DNA from: Breznakia sp. PF5-3
GTDB taxonomy: Bacteria; Bacillota_I; Bacilli_A; Erysipelotrichales; Erysipelotrichaceae
Length of the DNA stretch: 32,000 nucleotides
Direction: 5' to 3'
Assembly: GCF_029504745.1 (NCBI RefSeq)
Contig: NZ_JAQFIQ010000005.1
Location: 1-32,000, forward strand
Position 1 is the first letter of the stretch. The number at the start of each line of letters is the position of its first letter. Made by a program: the position numbers and the translations under genes. The notes below the pieces were generated by a model. The model saw only the letters and a list, made by a program, of their open reading frames with translations. It searched no databases and had not been told where the DNA came from. Shown here in pieces: positions 25,064 through 32,000 of the stretch.

Positions 25064-26130
25064 TAAATCATCGCCTCTCTAAATAGTACATCTACATTCT
25101 TATTTACATATACATGAATATCTTTCACTTCTCCTTGGATGCAAAACCATCCTAGTCCAGCAATTACAATATCCATCTTCTTTATATTTTTAGTTGTCGT
25201 ATATTTTTTCATATCCTTATAATTAGAATCAATCGTTGGAGAAAGCATTTCCCCAAGATGTCTTTCCCATAGCTCATCCGCTTGTTCCATCTTCCCTCGA
25301 TGAATCGTTAAAGATTCACTAAAGTAACACACTACACTTACCTGTTCACAAGCTTTTAAATCCAAGCGTACATATCCACCTATCGCTAATGATTGATTAT
25401 CCTTTAACTGATATTTCTTTGGATTCAGCTGCTTAAAGAAGATTGCATCCTTTAACTGATCTTCTGGTACATATGTCAACAAGGATTTCTTGTTGACGAT
25501 TCCAGGGGTATCATAAAGAGTATAGTCATTATATAGTATTGGATTAATATCCAATGTTGTTCCTGGATGAATCGATGTAGTTAATGCTTGTTTTTGTAAC
25601 AAAGCATTTAGCAATGTACTTTTCCCTGCATTTGCATTCCCTAATAAAACAACATCACGTCCTGCTCTAAAGTGATCCATAGCAGCTTCAATTGAAGCTA
25701 CAGATTCTTCATCTTGTTTATGAAGATTTGGACACATGACAACACCTTTTACATGAATTCCATTTACTTTTAAACGATGTAAAATAAAATTTGCAATTTT
25801 ATTTGGATTTACATCTCTTGGTAATAAATCACTTTTCGTACATATTAATACGATATCTTTTCCTATCAAATGACGATTGATACCTTTGATAATACTAGAT
25901 TCAAAATCAACAACATCCACAACCCATAACACTAATGCATCTAATGCATTTACCTTTTCTAATAATGCATCGTTATCAATTCCTTGTTGCATAGATATCA
26001 TTACATCATTGTAATGTGTTAATCGAAAACAACGTTGGCAATATTCTTTTTCCATAGAAGGTGTATATCCCAACGCTTCTTTATCTTCATTTTGTAATAT
26101 CACTCCGCATCCTTTACATGTTTTACTCAT
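25063..26130 (-). CDS. yqeH: Ribosome biogenesis GTPase YqeH (circularly permuted GTPase with N-terminal zinc finger)
   Basis: 355 aa. CKGCG ... CQRC zinc finger. G4 TKSDL precedes G1 GNANAGKSTLLN and G3 DTPG, showing the permuted order. Confidence 0.9.
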   Translation of the reverse strand: MSKTCKGCGVILQNEDKEALGYTPSMEKEYCQRCFRLTHYNDVMISMQQGIDNDALLEKVNALDALVLWVVDVVDFESSIIKGINRHLIGKDIVLICTKSDLLPRDVNPNKIANFILHRLKVNGIHVKGVVMCPNLHKQDEESVASIEAAMDHFRAGRDVVLLGNANAGKSTLLNALLQKQALTTSIHPGTTLDINPILYNDYTLYDTPGIVNKKSLLTYVPEDQLKDAIFFKQLNPKKYQLKDNQSLAIGGYVRLDLKACEQVSVVCYFSESLTIHRGKMEQADELWERHLGEMLSPTIDSNYKDMKKYTTTKNIKKMDIVIAGLGWFCIQGEVKDIHVYVNKNVDVLFREAMI

Positions 26131-26647
26131 TAAAAACTCCTCTTTTTAAGATACCACGATTCTCTAACCGCTTATATATACGACGTTCAATCTTTCGGTT
26201 TATTTTTGTAGAATTCAAATCACGATCAACTAACGGACTCGTTAGAATAGCATATATTTTCATTCGTTTTGCCCCTAAAACATCAGTTAACAATTGATCA
26301 CCAATAGCCACTACATCTTCTGCTTTCATTGCATAATCTTTTAAAATTTTTCGATATGTCCACTTAATTGGTTTCTTAGCAAAACTGTAACGATGAATCC
26401 CCAGTGCTTTGGCAAACGTTTCTACACGTTCTTTATGATTGTTGCTAATTAAACAAATTTGTAATCCACTAGCAAGTACATTTTCCACAAACTGCTTTGC
26501 TTTATCACTTGGTAAGCTCATATCATGAGCAACTAAAGTATTATCAATATCACAAATAATCAATTTTTTATTCATTTTAACAAGTTTTTGAATATCAATA
26601 TCCATAAAACTTTTCACATATAAATCAGGTGTAAATAAACGAATCAT
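26123..26647 (-). CDS. yqeG: YqeG-family HAD phosphatase
   Basis: 174 aa. HAD motif I CDIDNTL and motif IV GDQLLTD. First gene of the yqe operon. Confidence 0.88.
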   Translation of the reverse strand: MIRLFTPDLYVKSFMDIDIQKLVKMNKKLIICDIDNTLVAHDMSLPSDKAKQFVENVLASGLQICLISNNHKERVETFAKALGIHRYSFAKKPIKWTYRKILKDYAMKAEDVVAIGDQLLTDVLGAKRMKIYAILTSPLVDRDLNSTKINRKIERRIYKRLENRGILKRGVFNE

Positions 26648-26680
26648 TAAGCACTCACTTTCTTATTTTTTACTGTACTA

Positions 26681-26709
26681 ATAGTACCATTTTTTAGTTA
26701 TCATATCAA
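26681..26709 (-). promoter_or_regulatory. Probable promoter of the yqeG operon
   Basis: Minus strand reads TTGATA (26704..26709), 17 nt spacer, TACTAT (26681..26686). Confidence 0.45.
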
Positions 26710-26720
26710 TTTCTTAAAGA

Positions 26721-26756
26721 CAAAAATAGAAAACCACTAAACTTTATTTAGTGGTC
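26721..26756 (-). terminator. Intrinsic terminator ending the nusA-infB-rbfA-vanZ-orf346 transcription unit
   Basis: Minus strand: accactaaa-taaag-tttagtggt (9-bp stem, 26733..26755) starts directly after the stop codon and is followed by tttctattttt. Confidence 0.7.
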
Positions 26757-27797
26757 TTATTCAAATGCCTTATAAGTTAATTCTACTGACAAATGATTAT
26801 TAATTTTATCCAATGCCTTCAAAAACTCTTCTTTATCATAAATTGCAAGATCAATATAAGAATAATTGGTACCTATTGCACCACCAATGCTCTTAGCTAT
26901 ACCATGCGGAAACAACAATTCATTTAATTTCTTTTCTAACTGTTGACGATAAAGTGCATCTGCATCAGAACCATGGTTGTTCTTATAATATAAGTATCCA
27001 AATTCACCACCATAATCATAAAATTCATGATACGTAACAAACTCATTATTTAATACTTCACTAATTAAAATCGGATGAACCGTAAAAATCATTTTCATAT
27101 CTTTACGAACTTCATCAACAATTTTTTCATCTTGCAATTGATACACTCTATAAATTGTCGTTGGATCATTATATTCTGGCCATTCTTTCTCATCTATAAT
27201 TTCTAACATTACTTCATAGAATTCTGGTAAAATTGCATAATTTCCACCCTTTTGTGCATCAATAACTTCAATATTTCCAATATATGCTTCAAGAGCACAT
27301 TCACCAATGAATAACTGCAACATATATACTGCGATTTCATTAGCTTTATTAGGATCTAAAACAGAGAAAGCATCACAATAGATTTCCACATGAAAAGATT
27401 TATTCACATCATCAATTGTATAATAAACAATAAAATCTTCTGGGTGATATTCTTGTTCTTTAATTCGCAATACCGTATGCAATGCTTTTTCACTTAATGG
27501 TGGTAAATACGCATTGATAATCCATTTGTCTGATAACGCTTTGGGTGCAAACGATTTTAATACAGCACAGATTAACTGTACGTTTTTATCTTGTCCGCTA
27601 TGGAATGTCAATTCATAAAAATCATCGCTGATTCCCACTTCTAGTGAAGAATTCGTAAATTCTTCAAAATACGTGTTTAAAATTTTAACAATCTCATTAA
27701 TCTCACCACTATTATTTTCTGCTAACGCTTTTTCTAAATTATTTTTCTCTTCTAGAAATACTTTCCAAAATCTCTTCACTTGTTTTTTGATTGACAT
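26757..27797 (-). CDS. Acidic cytoplasmic protein of unknown function (346 aa)
   Basis: Long uninterrupted ORF with an AAGGGAG RBS 5-6 nt before the ATG at 27797. No TM helix, signal peptide or catalytic motif that I recognise. Own terminator downstream. Confidence 0.7.
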   Translation of the reverse strand: MSIKKQVKRFWKVFLEEKNNLEKALAENNSGEINEIVKILNTYFEEFTNSSLEVGISDDFYELTFHSGQDKNVQLICAVLKSFAPKALSDKWIINAYLPPLSEKALHTVLRIKEQEYHPEDFIVYYTIDDVNKSFHVEIYCDAFSVLDPNKANEIAVYMLQLFIGECALEAYIGNIEVIDAQKGGNYAILPEFYEVMLEIIDEKEWPEYNDPTTIYRVYQLQDEKIVDEVRKDMKMIFTVHPILISEVLNNEFVTYHEFYDYGGEFGYLYYKNNHGSDADALYRQQLEKKLNELLFPHGIAKSIGGAIGTNYSYIDLAIYDKEEFLKALDKINNHLSVELTYKAFE

Positions 27798-28341
27798 TTT
27801 GTTCTCCCTTCTTTCGATAGATGATACAGTAGATTACATAACCAATACATCCACCAATCGTATTAAAAATCAAATCATCAATATCGGATATTCCAACATA
27901 ACACAAATACTGAACACTTTCGATTGCTAAAGATAATAAAAATGAATAACACAATACTTTTATAAAGTTTGTCGTTTTTATAAAATAATTGATACAAAGG
28001 CCAAAAGGAATAAACCAAATGATATTTCCACCAACATTATATAGCAAGAAAAGATATGCGCTTCGTGTATCTACATACAACAAATTTTCAAAAGACCATA
28101 ATAAAATGGTCAATGGTTCTAAATTGATTACCCGCGTGGTATTCATAAACAAACCCTCACGATATACCGTAACATATAGCAAGGCAATCAAATAAAAGAC
28201 AAAAATAAAGGTAACAATTTTATGTTTAAAATGCCTCCCTTTATTTTTCTTATATATATAAATGATACTAAATATAATTGTCGATAGTATTGTTGAAACA
28301 ACAATACTATTGACAACTAATTCTATAAGCCAGTTTATCAT
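27739..28341 (-). CDS. VanZ-family membrane protein
   Basis: 200 aa. Motifs NIIWFIPFG and ESVQY...D.DD...N..GG..GY are typical of VanZ-like proteins. Four or five TM helices. Begins 17 nt after the rbfA stop. Its 3' end overlaps the next gene by 59 nt. Confidence 0.8.
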   Translation of the reverse strand: MINWLIELVVNSIVVSTILSTIIFSIIYIYKKNKGRHFKHKIVTFIFVFYLIALLYVTVYREGLFMNTTRVINLEPLTILLWSFENLLYVDTRSAYLFLLYNVGGNIIWFIPFGLCINYFIKTTNFIKVLCYSFLLSLAIESVQYLCYVGISDIDDLIFNTIGGCIGYVIYCIIYRKKGEQNVNQKTSEEILESISRREK

Positions 28342-28358
28342 CTGTATACCCCCGTAAC

Positions 28359-28706
28359 TTACTTATCACGAGCGTGAATATCAGCGATAATTTTATCGAT
28401 TCGATCTCCTTTTTCAAGCGTGTCATCCAATAAGAAGACTAACTCTGGAACTTTGCGCATCGTTAATTTTTTAGATAATTCACTACGAATAAATCCTTTT
28501 GAACGATTTAAAGCTTTCATTCCCGCTTCTTTACGAGAATCTCTTCCCAAAAAAGATACATATACTTTTGCTACTGATAAATCATTTGTAACAACACAAT
28601 CCATTACTGTGATGAATCCAATTTTTGGATCCTTCACAGCTCTTGTTATGATTTCAGAAATATTCCTACGAATCAATTCTGCAACTTTTTCATTCTTTAA
28701 ACCCAT
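28359..28706 (-). CDS. rbfA: Ribosome-binding factor A
   Basis: 115 aa. RVAELIRRNISEII ... DPKIGFITV ... V..DLSVAKVYVS is typical of RbfA. Position after infB. Confidence 0.92.
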   Translation of the reverse strand: MGLKNEKVAELIRRNISEIITRAVKDPKIGFITVMDCVVTNDLSVAKVYVSFLGRDSRKEAGMKALNRSKGFIRSELSKKLTMRKVPELVFLLDDTLEKGDRIDKIIADIHARDK

Positions 28707-28710
28707 GTGA

Positions 28711-30537
28711 TTACTCCACTTCTACTTGTTGATCTTCAAATGCTTCAATTAAATCTCCTTCTTTAATATCATTAAAGTTTTCAATTGTGATACCACATTC
28801 GTATCCATTACTAACTTCTTTGGCATCATCTTTAAAACGTTTTAAAGATCCAAGTTTTCCTTCATAGACAACGATTCCATCACGGATTAAACGAACTCCA
28901 CAGTCTCGTTTAATAACACCATCACTAACCATACAACCAGCAATAGTTCCAATCTTACTAACCTTGTAAGTTTCACGAACTTCTGCTTGTCCAATGATAA
29001 CCTCTTCATATACAGGTGCCAACATACCTTTCATAGCATGTTCCATTTCTTCAATCGCTTTATAAATAATGTTATGAAGACGAATATCTACGCCTTCTTC
29101 CTCTGCTTTTTTACGCACAGCAGCATTTGGGCGTACATTAAATCCATATACAACTGCATTGGATGCACTCGCTAACATAATATCTGATTCACTAATTGCT
29201 CCAGCAGTAGAACGAATTACATTCACCTTTACTCCTTGTACTTCGATCTTTTCAAGTGATGCTTTTAAAGCTTCTGCACTACCTTGTACATCTGCTTTTA
29301 CAATCACATTGATACTTTGAATGTCACCTTCCTCGATTTGACGAGCAAGGTCATCCAAACTAAGAGCTGATGAAGCATTACGCTCTTCTTCAACACGAAC
29401 ATTTAAACGTGCTTCTGCAATTTGTCTTGCTTTCTTTTCTGAATCAAATGCTTTAAACACATCTCCAGCAACAGGAACACTATTTAACCCAATAATTTCT
29501 ACTGGTGTTGATGGACCTGCCGTTTTGATTTCTTTTCCTATATCATCTGTCATTTTTCTTACTCTACCAAAAGCGGTACCAACAACAATAGCATCTGATG
29601 CATGTAATGTCCCATTTTCAATAAGTAAGGTTGCAACTGCTCCACGACCCTTATCAAGTTTCGCTTCAATTACGGTTCCAACTCCATTTTTATGAGGATT
29701 TGCTTTTAAATCTGCAACTTCGGCAACAACTAAAACATTTTCTAATAGGTCTTCAACGCCTTCTCCTGTTTTTGCACTTACAGGAACAAAGATCGTATCT
29801 CCACCCCATTCTTCTGGCATACATCCATTATCACTCATCTCACTCATTACGCGCTCAGGATTTGCACCTTCTTTGTCCATCTTGTTGATAGCTACAATAA
29901 TTGGTACACCTGCTGCCTTCGCATGGTCGATTGCTTCTTTTGTTTGTGGCATTACACCATCATCTGCTGCAACAACGATAATAGTTACATCAGTAACTTT
30001 TGCACCACGAGCACGCATAGCCGTAAATGCCTCATGTCCTGGTGTATCTAAGAAGGTAACCTTTTTACCTTTGACCTCGATTTGATACGCACCGATATGT
30101 TGTGTAATTCCACCAAATTCACCTTCTGTGACTTTTGTTTTACGAATTGTATCCAAAAGTGTTGTTTTCCCATGGTCAACATGTCCCATGATAGTAACAA
30201 CAGGTGGACGGCTTTCCAATTGTTTTGGATCATCTTCTTCTTCAATTTCTTCAAAATTGAACTCTTCAACAATATTTTCTTTATGAACTTCAATACCAAA
30301 CTCCATACCTACAAGTTCAATATTTTCATCATCCAATACGGTATTGATGGTTGCCATATTTCCCAATAAAAAGAGAAACTTAATAATTTCAGAAGATTGT
30401 TTGTGCATTAGCTTAGCCAATTCACCAACTGTAACCTGTCCAGAATATGTTATCTCTGTAACTGCTTCTTCTACTTTTTTTGGCGTATACTCTCTTTTCG
30501 TATTCTTGTTATTGCGTCTTTGTCTTGTTTTTGCCAT
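28711..30537 (-). CDS. infB: Translation initiation factor IF-2 (short N-terminal form)
   Basis: 608 aa. GTPase motifs [20 protein letters not shown] and NKMD. Full C-terminal domains present. Confidence 0.95.
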   Translation of the reverse strand: MAKTRQRRNNKNTKREYTPKKVEEAVTEITYSGQVTVGELAKLMHKQSSEIIKFLFLLGNMATINTVLDDENIELVGMEFGIEVHKENIVEEFNFEEIEEEDDPKQLESRPPVVTIMGHVDHGKTTLLDTIRKTKVTEGEFGGITQHIGAYQIEVKGKKVTFLDTPGHEAFTAMRARGAKVTDVTIIVVAADDGVMPQTKEAIDHAKAAGVPIIVAINKMDKEGANPERVMSEMSDNGCMPEEWGGDTIFVPVSAKTGEGVEDLLENVLVVAEVADLKANPHKNGVGTVIEAKLDKGRGAVATLLIENGTLHASDAIVVGTAFGRVRKMTDDIGKEIKTAGPSTPVEIIGLNSVPVAGDVFKAFDSEKKARQIAEARLNVRVEEERNASSALSLDDLARQIEEGDIQSINVIVKADVQGSAEALKASLEKIEVQGVKVNVIRSTAGAISESDIMLASASNAVVYGFNVRPNAAVRKKAEEEGVDIRLHNIIYKAIEEMEHAMKGMLAPVYEEVIIGQAEVRETYKVSKIGTIAGCMVSDGVIKRDCGVRLIRDGIVVYEGKLGSLKRFKDDAKEVSNGYECGITIENFNDIKEGDLIEAFEDQQVEVE

Positions 30538-30545
30538 ATCCTCAC

Positions 30546-30842
30546 CTAACCTTTCAAATTAATCTTTATTTTATTCGCAAAGCCATCATCTAATATTCCA
30601 ACTGCTTTCACATTAAATTTACCAATCGCTTTGCTTAACACCTCGCTACTTTCTATAAAACCATATGCTATTTGATAATATTTACACTTATCTTCTAGTT
30701 TCTTTTTTGTATTTGCTGAAGCATCTTCAGCAATCAAAACAAACTTACACTTCCTCGCTCGAATATCTTTCATGATTGTTTCACCTATAGAAATATTTCT
30801 AGAAGCTGCTGCCAACCCTAAGATACCTACAAGTTTATTCAT
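30546..30842 (-). CDS. ylxQ: L7Ae-family RNA-binding protein YlxQ
   Basis: 98 aa. Family pattern [14 protein letters not shown] ... [15 protein letters not shown]. Position between ylxR and infB. Confidence 0.85.
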   Translation of the reverse strand: MNKLVGILGLAAASRNISIGETIMKDIRARKCKFVLIAEDASANTKKKLEDKCKYYQIAYGFIESSEVLSKAIGKFNVKAVGILDDGFANKIKINLKG

Positions 30843-31092
30843 TAATCAACTTCCTCAATTCATCATAAATAGAATCTTCTACTTTCACATTCAAAGCACG
30901 ATCCAAAATCTTTTTCTTTTGTGCCAAATCAACAGCTTCATTGCTTTTCTTTAAATAAGCACCTCTACCATTAGCCTTACCACTCAAATCAACAATGACA
31001 TCCTTTTCTGGTGTTCTAACCACACGAATCAATTCCTTTTTAGGTAATTGCTCTTGGGTTGCAACACATTTTCGTAAAGGTATTTTTCTCAA
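30835..31092 (-). CDS. ylxR: YlxR (RnpM) DUF448 RNA-binding protein
   Basis: 85 aa. PLRKCVATQEQLPKKELIRVV ... GRGAYL is typical of the family. Position after nusA. Confidence 0.88.
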   Translation of the reverse strand: MRKIPLRKCVATQEQLPKKELIRVVRTPEKDVIVDLSGKANGRGAYLKKSNEAVDLAQKKKILDRALNVKVEDSIYDELRKLINE

Positions 31093-31107
31093 AATGATAC
31101 CTCTTTT

Positions 31108-32000
31108 CTATTCCTCATCATAAAATTCATCATATTCATCAAAATCAATATCATCATTGATCCATGCTTTTTCTTTTTCAGCAGCTTCTGCTGCAGCAAT
31201 TTCCGCCAATTCTTCTTCTGTATAAATTGGTTTCAATTCATAATCACGTTCGTTTGGATCATGTGTTGGTTGAGGTTGTGTATCTTCATAGATTGCATCG
31301 TTATCATCTTGCTTCTTATATTTCTTCTTCACTTTTGCCTTTGGTGTTTCTTCTTTCTTCGCACCAGCAATATCTTCAAATTTAGAAACATAAGCACGTT
31401 TTTCTTCAATATCGATACCCTTTGCTTTTTTCTCTTTTGCTAAACGAGCAGCTTTTTCAAGTTCATCTTCTTCTTTTGGTACTTCTACTTTTTCTACTTT
31501 CTTTGGTTTTGGTTGGGCTTTTTCTTTCGCAACCTCCACCGTTTCTTCCACAACAACTTTCTCTTTGTTTGTCTCAACAGGAGTAGTTGTTTCTGGTTGG
31601 AATTCTTCTTCAATGAACTCTTCACTCAACAATTCATCACTGAATTCTTGTTGTGCTTCTTGTTTGCTTAACTCATCAAAAATATCTTTTTGTGCACGTG
31701 CACGTTCTTGTTCTTTTGCTTCTGCCATCTTAAGTGCTTCTTGTTCAGCAATTGCTTTCCAATCAATTCCCATTGTTTCTGCATCACTAACCGATTTAAT
31801 ATCAATCGTATTATTTGTAAGTTTCACTGCAAGTCTAGCATTTTTTCCTTTTTTCCCAATTGCCAAAGATAATTGATCATCATTTACAATAACCATCAAT
31901 CCGCGTTTGGCTTCATTTGGAATAACAGCTAAAATTTCTGCTGGAGCTAATGCATTCTTAATAAGTTCTCCTACATCTTCACTCCATTCAAAAATATCAA
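31108..32000 (-). CDS. nusA: Transcription termination/antitermination factor NusA, 3' part (gene continues beyond the window edge), with a ~215-aa charged C-terminal extension
   Basis: The track ORF begins at an internal Met (31899), but the frame stays open to 32000. KH-domain GxxG motif LAIGKKGKNARLAVKLT. Followed by a long Glu/Lys-rich tail ending WINDDIDFDEYDEFYDEE. Confidence 0.9.
   Translation of the reverse strand, partial: DIFEWSEDVGELIKNALAPAEILAVIPNEAKRGLMVIVNDDQLSLAIGKKGKNARLAVKLTNNTIDIKSVSDAETMGIDWKAIAEQEALKMAEAKEQERARAQKDIFDELSKQEAQQEFSDELLSEEFIEEEFQPETTTPVETNKEKVVVEETVEVAKEKAQPKPKKVEKVEVPKEEDELEKAARLAKEKKAKGIDIEEKRAYVSKFEDIAGAKKEETPKAKVKKKYKKQDDNDAIYEDTQPQPTHDPNERDYELKPIYTEEELAEIAAAEAAEKEKAWINDDIDFDEYDEFYDEE

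Noticed and set aside
146-31876. All plus-strand track ORFs other than 2411..2959 and 11202..11471 (for example 146..487, 5331..5678, 12808..13071, 17970..18266, 24351..24653, 31565..31876)
   Set aside because: Each lies antisense inside a well-supported minus-strand gene or the T-box leader. They have low-complexity, Phe/Ile/Leu/Ser/Cys-rich translations typical of shadow ORFs in AT-rich DNA, and none has a convincing RBS.
1-32000. CRISPR arrays, tRNA/rRNA genes, IS elements, integrases, prophage or defence-system genes
   Set aside because: Intergenic gaps are all under 300 bp and are accounted for by promoters, leaders and terminators. No direct-repeat/spacer pattern, inverted terminal repeats or recombinase-like ORFs were seen.

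Overview
AT-rich, gene-dense chromosomal segment with Bacillota (low-GC Gram-positive) gene order. I support about 38 protein-coding genes, and all but two are on the minus strand. By eye there are no rRNA or tRNA genes, CRISPR arrays, IS elements, integrases or phage genes. Reading in minus-strand transcription order from the right edge: (1) the 3' part of the nusA-ylxR-ylxQ-infB-rbfA translation operon, extended by a VanZ-family gene and an acidic 346-aa protein of unknown function; (2) the conserved yqeG-yqeH-yhbY-nadD/yqeK-rsfS-yqeM ribosome-maturation/NAD operon, with nadD and yqeK fused into one ORF, continuing into mtnN, a small membrane-anchored protein, dnaD and nth; (3) lspA-rluD-rhomboid-comEB, a 68-aa membrane peptide and an HI0933-type flavoprotein; (4) a MarR-regulated heterodimeric ABC exporter with a clear operator palindrome; (5) an [FeFe]-hydrogenase maturation operon (TM1266-like ACT protein, hydE, hydG, hydF) preceded by a roughly 100-nt leader with mutually exclusive hairpins; (6) a cytoplasmic GH13 alpha-amylase; (7) metY-metA behind a T-box leader; (8) an OmpR-type two-component system. 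Item 8 is divergently paired with the most unusual gene in the window: a Sec-exported protein made of three tandem 23-aa Cys4 repeats (W-x-CPNNCNGGxCSNxxCPNY) and a His-rich tail. I see no canonical defence, mobile or toxin system. The best candidates for something undescribed are the two-component-system / Cys-repeat module and the hyd-operon leader. Both are hypotheses drawn from sequence inspection only.
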